From sequence record SRR31156797_9223: a stretch of 64,000 nt of DNA. The stretch is one strand, 5' to 3'. The notes below the pieces were generated by a model that worked only from the letters and a program-made list of their open reading frames with translations, did no database searches and was not told the DNA's origin. Both the position numbers and the translations under genes were made by a program. This document shows, in pieces, positions 30,431-40,219 of this stretch; position 1 is the first letter of the stretch, and every line of letters starts with the position of its first letter.

Positions 30431-31602
30431 CTTATCACCTCGCCGGGGTCAATTTTTGCGGCTCTCCATGAAGGTATTATCACAGCAGCGATATAAAGAG
30501 GCACAGTGACAAAAAATACTGACACAAGAACACTCATATCGAGGGAGAAGGGTATGTCAAAATGTGGCTTAAGATAAGCATATCCGAGGAAAATATTTTT
30601 TAACCCGGGAGCTTTTAATAAGTATACATACACTAAACTCAAAAGTATTGAGGAGATATAGGAGGTGAAAGCAATTACGACAGCTTCGTATATTTTTACC
30701 TTTAAAACGTCCGGCGTAGACCAGCCGACCGATTTCATTATGGCTACCTCTTTCGCTTCTGCACCAGATAGTCCGCTGAGTTTATCAAAGACTATCATAA
30801 AAAATGTGAGCAGGCAGGAGATGAAAAACAGGAGGAATATCCCCCCTTTATAGTCAAACATATTCTGGTAAGATGCCTGAATTACTTCTTTTGTGATAAC
30901 TCTATATGCCGGTGACAGGTTCTGGATCTTTTCCGCTACAGTGGATATCTCCTGCTGGTTTGACACGTTTATGGCGAAATCAGCGCAATATCCGTCAGCA
31001 ATGCCGAGAATCTCTCTTGCTGAGTCTACATCTGTTAAAATTGTATCTGTTGATATCATTTGCGATTCATTGCTCAGCACTCCGGCGGTTTTGAGTGTAA
31101 TGTATTCACCATCAGGTTTTTGAAAACTGAACTCATCTTTTCCGTATATCTGCGTTATTATCTCCTGAAATCTTTTACCTATAAGCATGGCTTCTCCGCC
31201 TCTGAGCAGAGAAAGATCCAGGCTCTCCGTAGCTGTTAAGATAGTTTCAGTAAGGTTAGGGTCGAAGGAATCAACCCCGACAATATTCAGATTAGTGTTC
31301 AGATATTCAAAATAATAGTGCCCCCAAACCCTTGGTGTTGCAGAGTTTACCCCGGAAATGATAATGATGTCATCGATGGAGTCTTCATGTATGTACTGCT
31401 GTCTCCCGCCGGTCAGCTTTTGAACCAGTATGTCCGGCAGATTGTTAAGAGAGTGTTTCGCCTCAGTTTTAAGCCCTGATGTTATGGTGAATATAGACAT
31501 AGCAACAGTCATCATCAGAGTCAGGATTATTAATATAAAAATGTGCTTAACCCTTTGCCTGCCGAGTGAGGCGAGGGCGTATTCAAGCAGCTTAAGGTTC
31601 AT
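30427..31602 (-). CDS. ABC permease, FtsX/MacB (LolC/E-like) family
   Basis: 1+3 TM topology with a large periplasmic loop; EVAIMKSVGW and IPSWRAAKIDP motifs. Confidence 0.88.
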   Translation of the reverse strand: MNLKLLEYALASLGRQRVKHIFILIILTLMMTVAMSIFTITSGLKTEAKHSLNNLPDILVQKLTGGRQQYIHEDSIDDIIIISGVNSATPRVWGHYYFEYLNTNLNIVGVDSFDPNLTETILTATESLDLSLLRGGEAMLIGKRFQEIITQIYGKDEFSFQKPDGEYITLKTAGVLSNESQMISTDTILTDVDSAREILGIADGYCADFAINVSNQQEISTVAEKIQNLSPAYRVITKEVIQASYQNMFDYKGGIFLLFFISCLLTFFMIVFDKLSGLSGAEAKEVAIMKSVGWSTPDVLKVKIYEAVVIAFTSYISSILLSLVYVYLLKAPGLKNIFLGYAYLKPHFDIPFSLDMSVLVSVFFVTVPLYIAAVIIPSWRAAKIDPGEVIR

Positions 31603-31886
31603 CGTTTTTCACCACTCTTTTTATATATTATAGCTGAAAAATCTGTGTCCATGGCGAACGGGTCAGTGCTGAAAACCGAACCGCTGTCAGCAATGCTGAG
31701 GTGTCTCTCAGAAGGGGATTCTGCATAGACAGATACACCCGGCAGACCAGTCAGAGCCGCTGTAGACTGCCGGATATTGATATCATTTGCCGATAACCCT
31801 TTTACACCGCAAAGATATAGGTATAAGCAGGTTGTCGTTATGGAAATTACTGATAAAAAACTTAAAAATAGTTTAGTTCTACTCAT
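31599..31886 (-). CDS. Small membrane-anchored hypothetical protein
   Basis: N-terminal hydrophobic helix. Overlaps both neighbours, consistent with operon coupling. Confidence 0.65.
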   Translation of the reverse strand: MSRTKLFLSFLSVISITTTCLYLYLCGVKGLSANDINIRQSTAALTGLPGVSVYAESPSERHLSIADSGSVFSTDPFAMDTDFSAIIYKKSGEKR

Positions 31887-33000
31887 CCAGTTCGTATATC
31901 ATTTTTTCTGTTATCTGATCAAATGTTAAGATTTCTCTTCCATTATGGTCAGACATAAATGTCTCTGCGTTTTCTTTATCAGCGAAAGGGATAAGTTCCT
32001 TACCCATCGGACCGTAAACATCCGAGCTTATAACATAGTAAGCTTTTTTGCCGTTGACAGCTTTGTTAGTGTAGTAGTCTGTAACGAGGAGTTTATCAAT
32101 TTTGATTCCGCTATAGTTGTTACCCCATTTGGCAGGAGCGAAGTAGAATTTTAGCTGGTCTTTTACACCGTCAAAGACAGAGTGTAGGTTTTTGCCGTTC
32201 TTAGAGTATGTGATTTTTGATGCCCACTTAGGATATTTGTGAACAAACATACCGCAAACAGGACATTTCTCATCAGGCATAACAGTTATAAATTCTTCTG
32301 ATCTTTCGTTCTTTCTCACCACATCCCAGAGGTATAAGGCGACAGCCTGAAGTTCTTTCTCTTTGAGTTTGCCACAGAGGTTATTTGTTTTAATGTCTGC
32401 TTTGAGTTCGTTTATAAGGTTATATTTAAAAGGAGAGATCGATTTGTCACAAGCAGTTGTGAATATCTTTTTACCTTTTGGGTACATTTTTTTCTGTCTT
32501 TTCATGTCGGTCATGGCTATATCTTTTTCCATCGATTTAGCGACAGATTTCTTAGCAGCGGCAAAAGACATGATCTCGCCACCCATTTTTTTCTGAAATT
32601 TGACGGCATCTTCATGGCTGGAGAATGCGTATTTGCTGGTTTTAGTCATTGTCCCCGGTGCTCTGCTCCCTACAACATAGTGAGCGTTAGCAGCATTTAT
32701 GAATTTCTCAGATATTGTATCGATAACAAGAATCTCTTTGATAATATTACGCAGCCCTTCAAAATCCTGAAACATACACCTGATGGAGCAGTATTGTTTA
32801 TTTTTACCACCGGTAAGCTTAAGGGCGTGGTTAGTCTTATAAAACATCTTGAGGTTCATCCCGCAAACCGGGCACCAATTTTTCTGAGGTCCTGTTTGGA
32901 TTAGCTCCGGTTTACCATTAGCTTTTTTACTGAATTTTATCTCATCCGCACTAACAGAAAAAGCTATAGACAGCATTAATAAAACTAAAATAATCCTCAT
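31879..33000 (-). CDS. Tandem NosL-domain periplasmic protein (putative Cu chaperone)
   Basis: Signal peptide; two CPVCGM motifs; YCSIRC; YVVGS..PGTM and YVISSDVYGPMG..LIPF NosL signatures. Confidence 0.85.
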   Translation of the reverse strand: MRIILVLLMLSIAFSVSADEIKFSKKANGKPELIQTGPQKNWCPVCGMNLKMFYKTNHALKLTGGKNKQYCSIRCMFQDFEGLRNIIKEILVIDTISEKFINAANAHYVVGSRAPGTMTKTSKYAFSSHEDAVKFQKKMGGEIMSFAAAKKSVAKSMEKDIAMTDMKRQKKMYPKGKKIFTTACDKSISPFKYNLINELKADIKTNNLCGKLKEKELQAVALYLWDVVRKNERSEEFITVMPDEKCPVCGMFVHKYPKWASKITYSKNGKNLHSVFDGVKDQLKFYFAPAKWGNNYSGIKIDKLLVTDYYTNKAVNGKKAYYVISSDVYGPMGKELIPFADKENAETFMSDHNGREILTFDQITEKMIYELDE

Positions 33001-33161
33001 AAATTCCTCCGCAAGAATGATATAAACATGTTACATTATAGGTATAAAGTATTCAACTCTTAAAGAGAATTGTTTAGTATTAATACTATTTGTGAATTTT
33101 CTTAGAGACATGCAGAGAGTTGTTTCAATATGTTATATTCTGTTTTTTGAGTAGGGGCTTA

Positions 33162-33938
33162 ATGCGTAATCTTTTATTACTTCTCTTAATATACATTGTG
33201 GTAGTTTCCTGTGACCCGTATGTTAATCCTTTAAACAAGGAAGCGTCTTCAAATGAGATATTGATTTATTCCGGCATGACTATGGCTGATGCTGTTTTTG
33301 AGCTCAAAGATAAATTTGAGAGCGAGAACGACTGTGATGTTAAGGTTATGTATGGAGCGAGTGGCTATCTTCAGAGGGTTATCGAAGTTAACCGTAAAGG
33401 TGACATCTTCTTCCCCGGTAATACTTCTTACCTCAACACTTTTAAAGAAGAAATGATCATTACACGTGTGAGCAATATCGGCTATAACAGCCTTTCGTTT
33501 TTCGTAGCGAAAGGTAATCCGCTTGCGCTTACTGGAGAGCTTGAGCAGCTCATTGACCCTAGGTTGAAAATTATCATAGGCAGCACTGACGCTGGCTCAG
33601 TGGGTAAAGAGACAGTAGAGCTGTTAAAGGCTAGCGGTCTGTATGGAAAGGTGCTTGGAAACACAAGAGCATTTACAACTGACTCTAAGGGTTTAGCAAT
33701 AGCTTTACGCAGCGGCGACGCTGACCTTGTCATTAACTGGCGGGCAGTAGGTTATACAAAAAAGAATCACCCTTACATGGATGAGATAGATATCAATAGT
33801 GACCATATAGTGAAAGTTCCTATTGCCATGGGGCTTTTGAAATATAGCGTGGACAGTGTATGTGCTAATGAGTTTATCGACTTTGCTGAGTCAGATTACA
33901 GTAAGCGCATATTTAATAAATACGGGTTTACAGACTGA
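33162..33938 (+). CDS. ModA-like (molybdate/oxyanion) substrate-binding lipoprotein
   Basis: Lipobox VVSC; YGASG.L, DIFFPG, GNP and GSVG motifs; C-terminal IFNKYGF typical of the ModA family. Confidence 0.75.
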   Translation: MRNLLLLLLIYIVVVSCDPYVNPLNKEASSNEILIYSGMTMADAVFELKDKFESENDCDVKVMYGASGYLQRVIEVNRKGDIFFPGNTSYLNTFKEEMIITRVSNIGYNSLSFFVAKGNPLALTGELEQLIDPRLKIIIGSTDAGSVGKETVELLKASGLYGKVLGNTRAFTTDSKGLAIALRSGDADLVINWRAVGYTKKNHPYMDEIDINSDHIVKVPIAMGLLKYSVDSVCANEFIDFAESDYSKRIFNKYGFTD

Positions 33939-36900
33939 TGAAATATATTAAACACCTACTATTCGACAAAATTGTTTTACAACTGTTCTTCTATCTGGTC
34001 TTTGTGATTTTATCTATTACTAGCATTTTTGTAATAGATAACTATATGCATAAAAGAATAATATACATAAATGATTTATATAATAATGAAGCTATTAAGA
34101 TTCAGCTGAATGACCTGCTGAAAAGCAAGATATCCAAGATTGAAAATCTTCTCTTGAGCTATACCAATGCAGAATCGTTTAAAGATATGGATGTTTATGA
34201 GCGGAAGGCTTCAGATGTTCTGGATGAGCTTACAAATATACTATATGTGCTCGAGTACGGTGGAGTTTACGAAGAGATACTTAGCCTTAACTATAAAGGG
34301 AAAGAGAGTGCGGTACAGCGGTTAGAGTATAAGAATAATTCTCCGAGCAGGTACAATATACAGGTTCTTGATATCAGGGCAAAATTTATTGATATCAAAG
34401 AGCTTATTGATACCTATAGAAGCCTTGTTATAGACCTTGTCATGGCACGTAAGAGTAATTCTATAGAGAGAGTAAATGACACCAGCGCACGGCAGATTTT
34501 TTCCTCTAAAGAGATGGGAGCATTTTTTACCAGACTTGATGAGAACAGTAACAGGATGTACGTTGAAGCTGAAGAGTCTGAGAGGCGCATTAAGTCTCAC
34601 CTTGACAGTACAATAGTGCAGTTTAAAACACTTAAACTGAGGGTTAATTTCTTTATTGGGCTCGTTATCGTCGGCGTTGGGTTCTTAATGTTTACTAATA
34701 TTTTCCGCACTATTCAGGAACGTATCAGCATCAGCCTTGAGCTGAGCGATATGAATGCAAGCCTTGAGACTACAATAAAGGAGAGAACCAGAGCCTTGGA
34801 GTCTGAGATACTTGTTCGCAAGCAGAAAGAGAGTGAAAGCAGGCAGAAAGCTCAGTTCCTTATAGATGTAATAGAATCTCTGGCACACCCTTTTTATGTG
34901 ATTGATGCGGGGACGTATAAGATAGAGCTGGCGAACGGAGCTGCGTATAGTGTGCTCGGTGGACAGGGTAAAACTTGCTATGAGCTGACACATCACTCTA
35001 ACCACCCCTGTGACAGTGTTGACCATCCATGCCCGCTTGCGACTGTTCTTGAAACAGGCAAGCCTGTGTCTATGGAGCATATTCATGTTGTTAAAGGTGA
35101 GAAGAGATATGTTGAGGTTCACGGTTATCCTGTGAAGGATGAAACCGGAAAAGTTGTACAGATGATAGAGTATTCTCTTGATATTACAGATAAAAAAGAT
35201 TCAGAAGTTGCTCTTATCAATCTTAACTCTATGCTAGAGGAGAAGGTCGCAGAGAGAACAAAAAAACTTGAATCAGAGATAAGCCACAGAGAGGCGGCAG
35301 AGGAAAAAATGCGTATACGAGAGCAGCATTTCCGCCACCTTATAGATAATATTTCAGACGTTATTGCGATACTTGATACAGCTTACAGGATAAAATTCAT
35401 CAGCCCTTCTATAGTGCACATTTGCGGATACACACCTGATCAGCTAGTAGGGAAATCTTTTGATGAACTGATGCAAGGTAAGGATAGAAAGATTTTTAAT
35501 AACTGGCTGGAGAAAGTTAAGAGTGAAAATGAAATATCAGGTCTGAATATAAGCCTGCAGAAGAGAACAGGTCAGTTTATCAGTGGAGATGTGTCCGCTA
35601 AAAACCTTCTCGATGACGAAATAATTGAAGGTATTATTGTTAATGTACGTGATGTTACCGAGAAGAGAAAAGCAGAAAAAGAGATAAATAAGCTCGCTCT
35701 GGTTATGGAGCAGAACCCAATCAGCATCGTAGTTACTGATACCGCAGGAAATATAGAGTATGTTAACCCGGCTTTTGAAAAAGTCACCGGCTATACAAGC
35801 AGAGAGGTTATAGGGGAGAATCCAAGTGTTCTTCAGACTGATCAAACACCGAAAGAGGTGTATGAAGACCTTTGGAAGACTATCACAAGAGGCAAGGTGT
35901 GGCAGGGTGAGTTTTATAATAAAAATAAAGATGGTGAAGTGTATATAGAAGAGGCGATAATTGCTCCTATACACAATGATAAAAACGAGGTGATTAATTA
36001 CCTTGGGATGAAAGAGAATGTTACCGAGATTGTTGAGGCGAGGCGTAAATCTGAGGAGATCAATAGGGCTAAAGAGCAGTTTTTTACTACCATGAGCCAC
36101 GAGCTTCGTACCCCTTTGAATGGTCTTATCGGTTTTGTGGATTTACTGAACGGAACCGGTCTCAGCGAAGAGCAGACAGACTATGTAGATACAATAAAGT
36201 TTAGTGCTGATAATCTTTTGAGTATCCTTAATGATATACTCGACCTTTCAAAAATAGGTAGTGGATTTATCCAGCTGGAAAAAACAGAGATAGATATCAG
36301 AGGCAATGTTCTTAATAATGCTAAAACTTTCTATGCTAAGGCGGCGGCGAAATCTGTGCGCCTTAACACATACCTTGACCCTATGATTCCTCAGCTTCTT
36401 CTCGGCGACCCGCTTCGTATTAATCAGGTTTTGACGAACCTTCTGAACAATGCAGTAAAATTTACGGAAGAGGGCGGCAGAATAAGTATTACGCTTGAGA
36501 AGACAGGTGAGACAGACTTAGAAGTCACTTTTATGCTGTCGGTTGAGGATGACGGTGTTGGCATCCCTGAAGATAAGCTCGAAAACATTTTTGAATCGTT
36601 TACTCAGGCGGATGCTTCTATATCAAGGAAATTTGGCGGGACAGGGTTAGGTCTTACCATATCGAGAGACCTTCTCAAGCTTATGGGGTCTGATCTTGTT
36701 GTGAAGAGCGAAGAGGGTGTTGGAAGTCGTTTTTTCTTTGAGCTCACTCTTGATAAAGCAGAGCCATATAAGGATATTACGATTGTACCTATTGAGAAGC
36801 CTGTTTATATTTATGGCGAGTGTACTGCCGGGCTTTGCAGAGTTCTTGACAGATATCTGAAAGATTTTGGTGCTGGGTATAATTTTACTGGTGATATAGA

Positions 36901-37522
36901 TGAAATCACAGAAGGCACGATTATATTTAATAGCAAGAGTTATGATGAAGAGTTAGCTGATACTTTTGTTGATAAAGGTTTACGTGTTGTTTTTATTACT
37001 GATAGTGTAGAGAAGACCTATTCGTTTAACCCGGACAAGAATATTACTATTATGAGCAGACCTTTCGACGGTCGGGTTCTTTATGAAGCGATATCCGGAA
37101 TTGATTTTAATAATGCTATTGAAGAGAAGTCAGTCAGTCGGAAGATAGCCCATTCGGGAAAAATACTTATCGCTGAAGATAATATTATAAATATCAAGTT
37201 AATGGAGACAATGTTTAAGAGGCTGGGGATATCTATAGACCTGGCGAAAGATGGGCTGGAGGCAGTAACAGCCTGTGAAAATAATCAGTACGACCTTATT
37301 CTTATGGATCTTACTATGCCTAATATGGACGGTGACGCAGCTGTTATTAAGATAAGAGAGATGGAAACTGGCGGAGAGCACAGAGCAAGAATTATCGCTA
37401 TCACTGCCTATACCAAGGACGAGATAAAGAAGCTCGATTCCAATAAAGAATTTGACGGCTATATCTCTAAACCAGTTAGGTTCGAAGAGATAGAGAAAAC
37501 TGTAAAAGAATGTATGGGCTAG
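33938..37522 (+). CDS. Hybrid sensor histidine kinase (periplasmic domain, 3 PAS, HisKA, HATPase, pseudo-REC, REC)
   Basis: MSHELRTPLNG, NLLNNAVKFT, DDGVG, FTQAD and GGTGLGL motifs; receiver AEDN...LMDLTMP...SKP. Confidence 0.93.
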   Translation: MKYIKHLLFDKIVLQLFFYLVFVILSITSIFVIDNYMHKRIIYINDLYNNEAIKIQLNDLLKSKISKIENLLLSYTNAESFKDMDVYERKASDVLDELTNILYVLEYGGVYEEILSLNYKGKESAVQRLEYKNNSPSRYNIQVLDIRAKFIDIKELIDTYRSLVIDLVMARKSNSIERVNDTSARQIFSSKEMGAFFTRLDENSNRMYVEAEESERRIKSHLDSTIVQFKTLKLRVNFFIGLVIVGVGFLMFTNIFRTIQERISISLELSDMNASLETTIKERTRALESEILVRKQKESESRQKAQFLIDVIESLAHPFYVIDAGTYKIELANGAAYSVLGGQGKTCYELTHHSNHPCDSVDHPCPLATVLETGKPVSMEHIHVVKGEKRYVEVHGYPVKDETGKVVQMIEYSLDITDKKDSEVALINLNSMLEEKVAERTKKLESEISHREAAEEKMRIREQHFRHLIDNISDVIAILDTAYRIKFISPSIVHICGYTPDQLVGKSFDELMQGKDRKIFNNWLEKVKSENEISGLNISLQKRTGQFISGDVSAKNLLDDEIIEGIIVNVRDVTEKRKAEKEINKLALVMEQNPISIVVTDTAGNIEYVNPAFEKVTGYTSREVIGENPSVLQTDQTPKEVYEDLWKTITRGKVWQGEFYNKNKDGEVYIEEAIIAPIHNDKNEVINYLGMKENVTEIVEARRKSEEINRAKEQFFTTMSHELRTPLNGLIGFVDLLNGTGLSEEQTDYVDTIKFSADNLLSILNDILDLSKIGSGFIQLEKTEIDIRGNVLNNAKTFYAKAAAKSVRLNTYLDPMIPQLLLGDPLRINQVLTNLLNNAVKFTEEGGRISITLEKTGETDLEVTFMLSVEDDGVGIPEDKLENIFESFTQADASISRKFGGTGLGLTISRDLLKLMGSDLVVKSEEGVGSRFFFELTLDKAEPYKDITIVPIEKPVYIYGECTAGLCRVLDRYLKDFGAGYNFTGDIDEITEGTIIFNSKSYDEELADTFVDKGLRVVFITDSVEKTYSFNPDKNITIMSRPFDGRVLYEAISGIDFNNAIEEKSVSRKIAHSGKILIAEDNIINIKLMETMFKRLGISIDLAKDGLEAVTACENNQYDLILMDLTMPNMDGDAAVIKIREMETGGEHRARIIAITAYTKDEIKKLDSNKEFDGYISKPVRFEEIEKTVKECMG

Positions 37523-37632
37523 GCGTTTATTCACTAAGATGTTAATCGAATTTCTCTTATAGGATTATACGATTACACATTTTACTTGCCACTAATTAAG
37601 AAAAAAAAGCGTAACACAAATTTGATTAACCA

Positions 37633-37641
37633 TGGTATAAT
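37633..37641 (+). promoter_or_regulatory. Extended -10 promoter element
   Basis: TGGTATAAT, with 6 nt between it and ATG 37648. Confidence 0.6.
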
Positions 37642-37647
37642 TATGCC

Positions 37648-40068
37648 ATGGCGAACGATTTGAATATGAGCGGACGTTCAAACTTATTAATTGTCGATGA
37701 TAGTAAATATCTTGCAGAGCGCTTAGTTTTGAGAACTAATCAGGGGGGGATTTTTAACCCAGTTGTCGCTCACTGCTACGAGGAATTGAAAGAACTTTTA
37801 AATAGTGACTTTCAGCTTTTCGCAGGAGTTGTCGACCTCATACTCCCCGACTGTGCTGACGGTGAAGCTGTAAGCCTTGCTCTGAAACACAATATTCCCA
37901 CTATTGCCCTTACAGGTTCACTCGATGAAAACCTGCGCAACATGATAATCAGTAAGCCTATTGTCGATTTTATAATCAAAGGTTCTCAGGAAGATATATA
38001 TAGTGCTGTCTCTCTGGCAGAGCACATCCACGGTTTCAAAGGTAAGAAAGTTTTAATCATAGATAATAGCTCCACAAGAACAAAATACCTTGCAAAGTTT
38101 TTCTCTGAGCTTCTCTTCGAAGTGATAACGGCTGACACTGCTGAGTATGCTTTCGAAATCCTTAAGTCTGTTGAAGACATAGAGGTTATAACGGTTAATA
38201 ATGAACGCTCCGATATGTCCGGCTCTGATATAGTAAAAACCATCAGGCAGAACCCTATTATCAGACATAGCATGAAAAACAGAAATGTTGTAATTTTCGG
38301 AATATCTGTAGATTCTATGGATTTTCTGCGATCTATTTTTATAAAATGCGGTGCGAATGACCTTATATCCCTGCCTATCACAAAAGAAGAATTTAACGCT
38401 AAGATTCTTAATAACCTCAATATGATGCACACTCTTGTCGAGCTTAAAGAGAAGAATGAGAAATTAATCGAGACTGTCAAAATCCTCGAAGAGTATAATA
38501 AGGCTGTCGATGCCGGCGGTATTGTCTCGAAGGGCGATTTAGACGGAAATATCACTTATGTTAATGACGCTTTCTGTGAGCTTACCGGCTATAGCAGAGA
38601 CGAACTGGTTGGTATGCCCCATAATCTTTTCAGACACCCGAGTACGCCAAAAGCAGTATTCAGAGAGATGTGGACCACTATTCAAGCTGGTAATGTCTGG
38701 ATGGGTAATGTCAAAAATGTGCGCAAAGACGGTTCACACTTTTATGTGGGAACAACAATAATCCCAATCGTAGGTAATGATGGGGCAATAGTTGAATATG
38801 TCGCCACAAGGCAGGATATAACCGAGCTTGTGAAAAGCAGGAAAGAGTTGAAAAAACAGTTCCAAACTGACCCTCTTACAAGCCTCGGAAACAGGACAAG
38901 AATGCTTTCGGACCTTACGGGAGTGGAAGAACCTCTGATAGCTGTTTTCGATATAGATAGATTCTACGACATAAACGGCTTTTACGGTAATGAAGTGGGC
39001 GATCTTGTGCTGAAAGAGATGGGTAACAGGCTTTTTGACTATTTCAGCGAATCTATCTTCTCTGTTTACCGTATAAACTCTGATCAGTTCGCAGTTACTG
39101 TGAGCAGCTCTAAATTAAGAAAATCAGAGTTTGTAAAACAGATGAATGACTATTCAAAAGTGATACATAATAACGCTTTTAAAGTTAACGATATAGATGT
39201 GGATATAAGCCTGACTATGTGTCTTGTTGACGATAAAGACGATGTACTTACAAAGGTTGATATGACACTTAAAGCTGCTAAACAGGGGAAGAAGCCTATT
39301 GTCGTTTACGAGCATAATGCAATGTGCGAAACAGAAGCTTATAAGAATAACATCCTCTGGACAAAGATAATCAAGCACGCTCTTAAGTTTAACAATGTTA
39401 TCCCTTACTATCAGCCTATTGTCGATAATCAAAACAAGAAAATTGTAAAGTATGAATCTCTTATGAGGATCATACACGATGGGAAAGTTATCACTCCTGC
39501 ATACTTTATGGATATAGCGAAAAGAACCAGATATTACCAGGGGCTAACCTCTGCGATGATGAGAAAAAGCTTTCACCTTTTCAGTAAGAACAGAAGCCAT
39601 ATGACTATCAATATCTCTGTAGAAGATGTTGCTAACAGAGACACTATGAATAACATCTACGAACTTTTAGAAGCATATATGATTGGTAACAGGATAACTT
39701 TCGAAATTGTAGAATCAGAAGGTATAGAGAACTATGAAGAGGTTTACGACTTTATCAACAGGGTTAAAGACGCAGGCTGTAAGGTCGCCATCGATGATTT
39801 CGGTTCCGGCTACTCTAACTTCGAATACCTTATGAAGCTTAAAGCTGATTATATCAAAATCGACGGCTCAATAGTCAGAAATGCCACTGAAGACGAGAGT
39901 GCGATAGCTGTTATAGAGGCTATTGTCAGTTTCGCTAAAAAGAATGGAATGAAGACAATAGCCGAGTTTGTTTCAAGCGAAAGTACCTATGAAAAGATGG
40001 TCGATCTGGGTGTAGATTACTCTCAGGGTTACCTTTTTGGTAAGCCATCCGCAAAACTTAAGAAATAG
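37648..40068 (+). CDS. REC-REC-PAS-(degenerate GGDEF)-EAL protein, probable c-di-GMP phosphodiesterase
   Basis: Two receiver-like domains and a PAS domain; DPLTSLGNR; GGDEF replaced by NSDQF; EAL motifs ESL, DDFGSGYS, IKIDG and QGY. Confidence 0.9.
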   Translation: MANDLNMSGRSNLLIVDDSKYLAERLVLRTNQGGIFNPVVAHCYEELKELLNSDFQLFAGVVDLILPDCADGEAVSLALKHNIPTIALTGSLDENLRNMIISKPIVDFIIKGSQEDIYSAVSLAEHIHGFKGKKVLIIDNSSTRTKYLAKFFSELLFEVITADTAEYAFEILKSVEDIEVITVNNERSDMSGSDIVKTIRQNPIIRHSMKNRNVVIFGISVDSMDFLRSIFIKCGANDLISLPITKEEFNAKILNNLNMMHTLVELKEKNEKLIETVKILEEYNKAVDAGGIVSKGDLDGNITYVNDAFCELTGYSRDELVGMPHNLFRHPSTPKAVFREMWTTIQAGNVWMGNVKNVRKDGSHFYVGTTIIPIVGNDGAIVEYVATRQDITELVKSRKELKKQFQTDPLTSLGNRTRMLSDLTGVEEPLIAVFDIDRFYDINGFYGNEVGDLVLKEMGNRLFDYFSESIFSVYRINSDQFAVTVSSSKLRKSEFVKQMNDYSKVIHNNAFKVNDIDVDISLTMCLVDDKDDVLTKVDMTLKAAKQGKKPIVVYEHNAMCETEAYKNNILWTKIIKHALKFNNVIPYYQPIVDNQNKKIVKYESLMRIIHDGKVITPAYFMDIAKRTRYYQGLTSAMMRKSFHLFSKNRSHMTINISVEDVANRDTMNNIYELLEAYMIGNRITFEIVESEGIENYEEVYDFINRVKDAGCKVAIDDFGSGYSNFEYLMKLKADYIKIDGSIVRNATEDESAIAVIEAIVSFAKKNGMKTIAEFVSSESTYEKMVDLGVDYSQGYLFGKPSAKLKK

Positions 40069-40126
40069 TCTAAATTAGTATTAAATTCTCTGTTGACATT
40101 AATTTTCAAAACACCATATTTCTATT

Positions 40127-40219
40127 ATAAACACTCCTGAATGTGTAGATACTTATGATGACCAATTGTTAAAGGGTGCAGAGTAACAACCTCCAAAAAA
40201 TAGCTTTGCACCCTTTTTT
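40127..40219 (+). ncRNA. Candidate small regulatory RNA
   Basis: TTGACA (40093)-16 nt-CATATT promoter; hairpin ACAC-TCCTGAAT-GTGT; 13-bp terminator stem with a 20-nt loop containing CAACCTCC, then a T6 tract; no ORF. Confidence 0.5.

Noticed and set aside
35537-38555. Antisense ORFs of 187 and 189 aa within the hybrid kinase and EAL genes
   Set aside because: Fully nested opposite well-supported genes, with no protein-like features. The same applies to the other short nested ORFs in the track.
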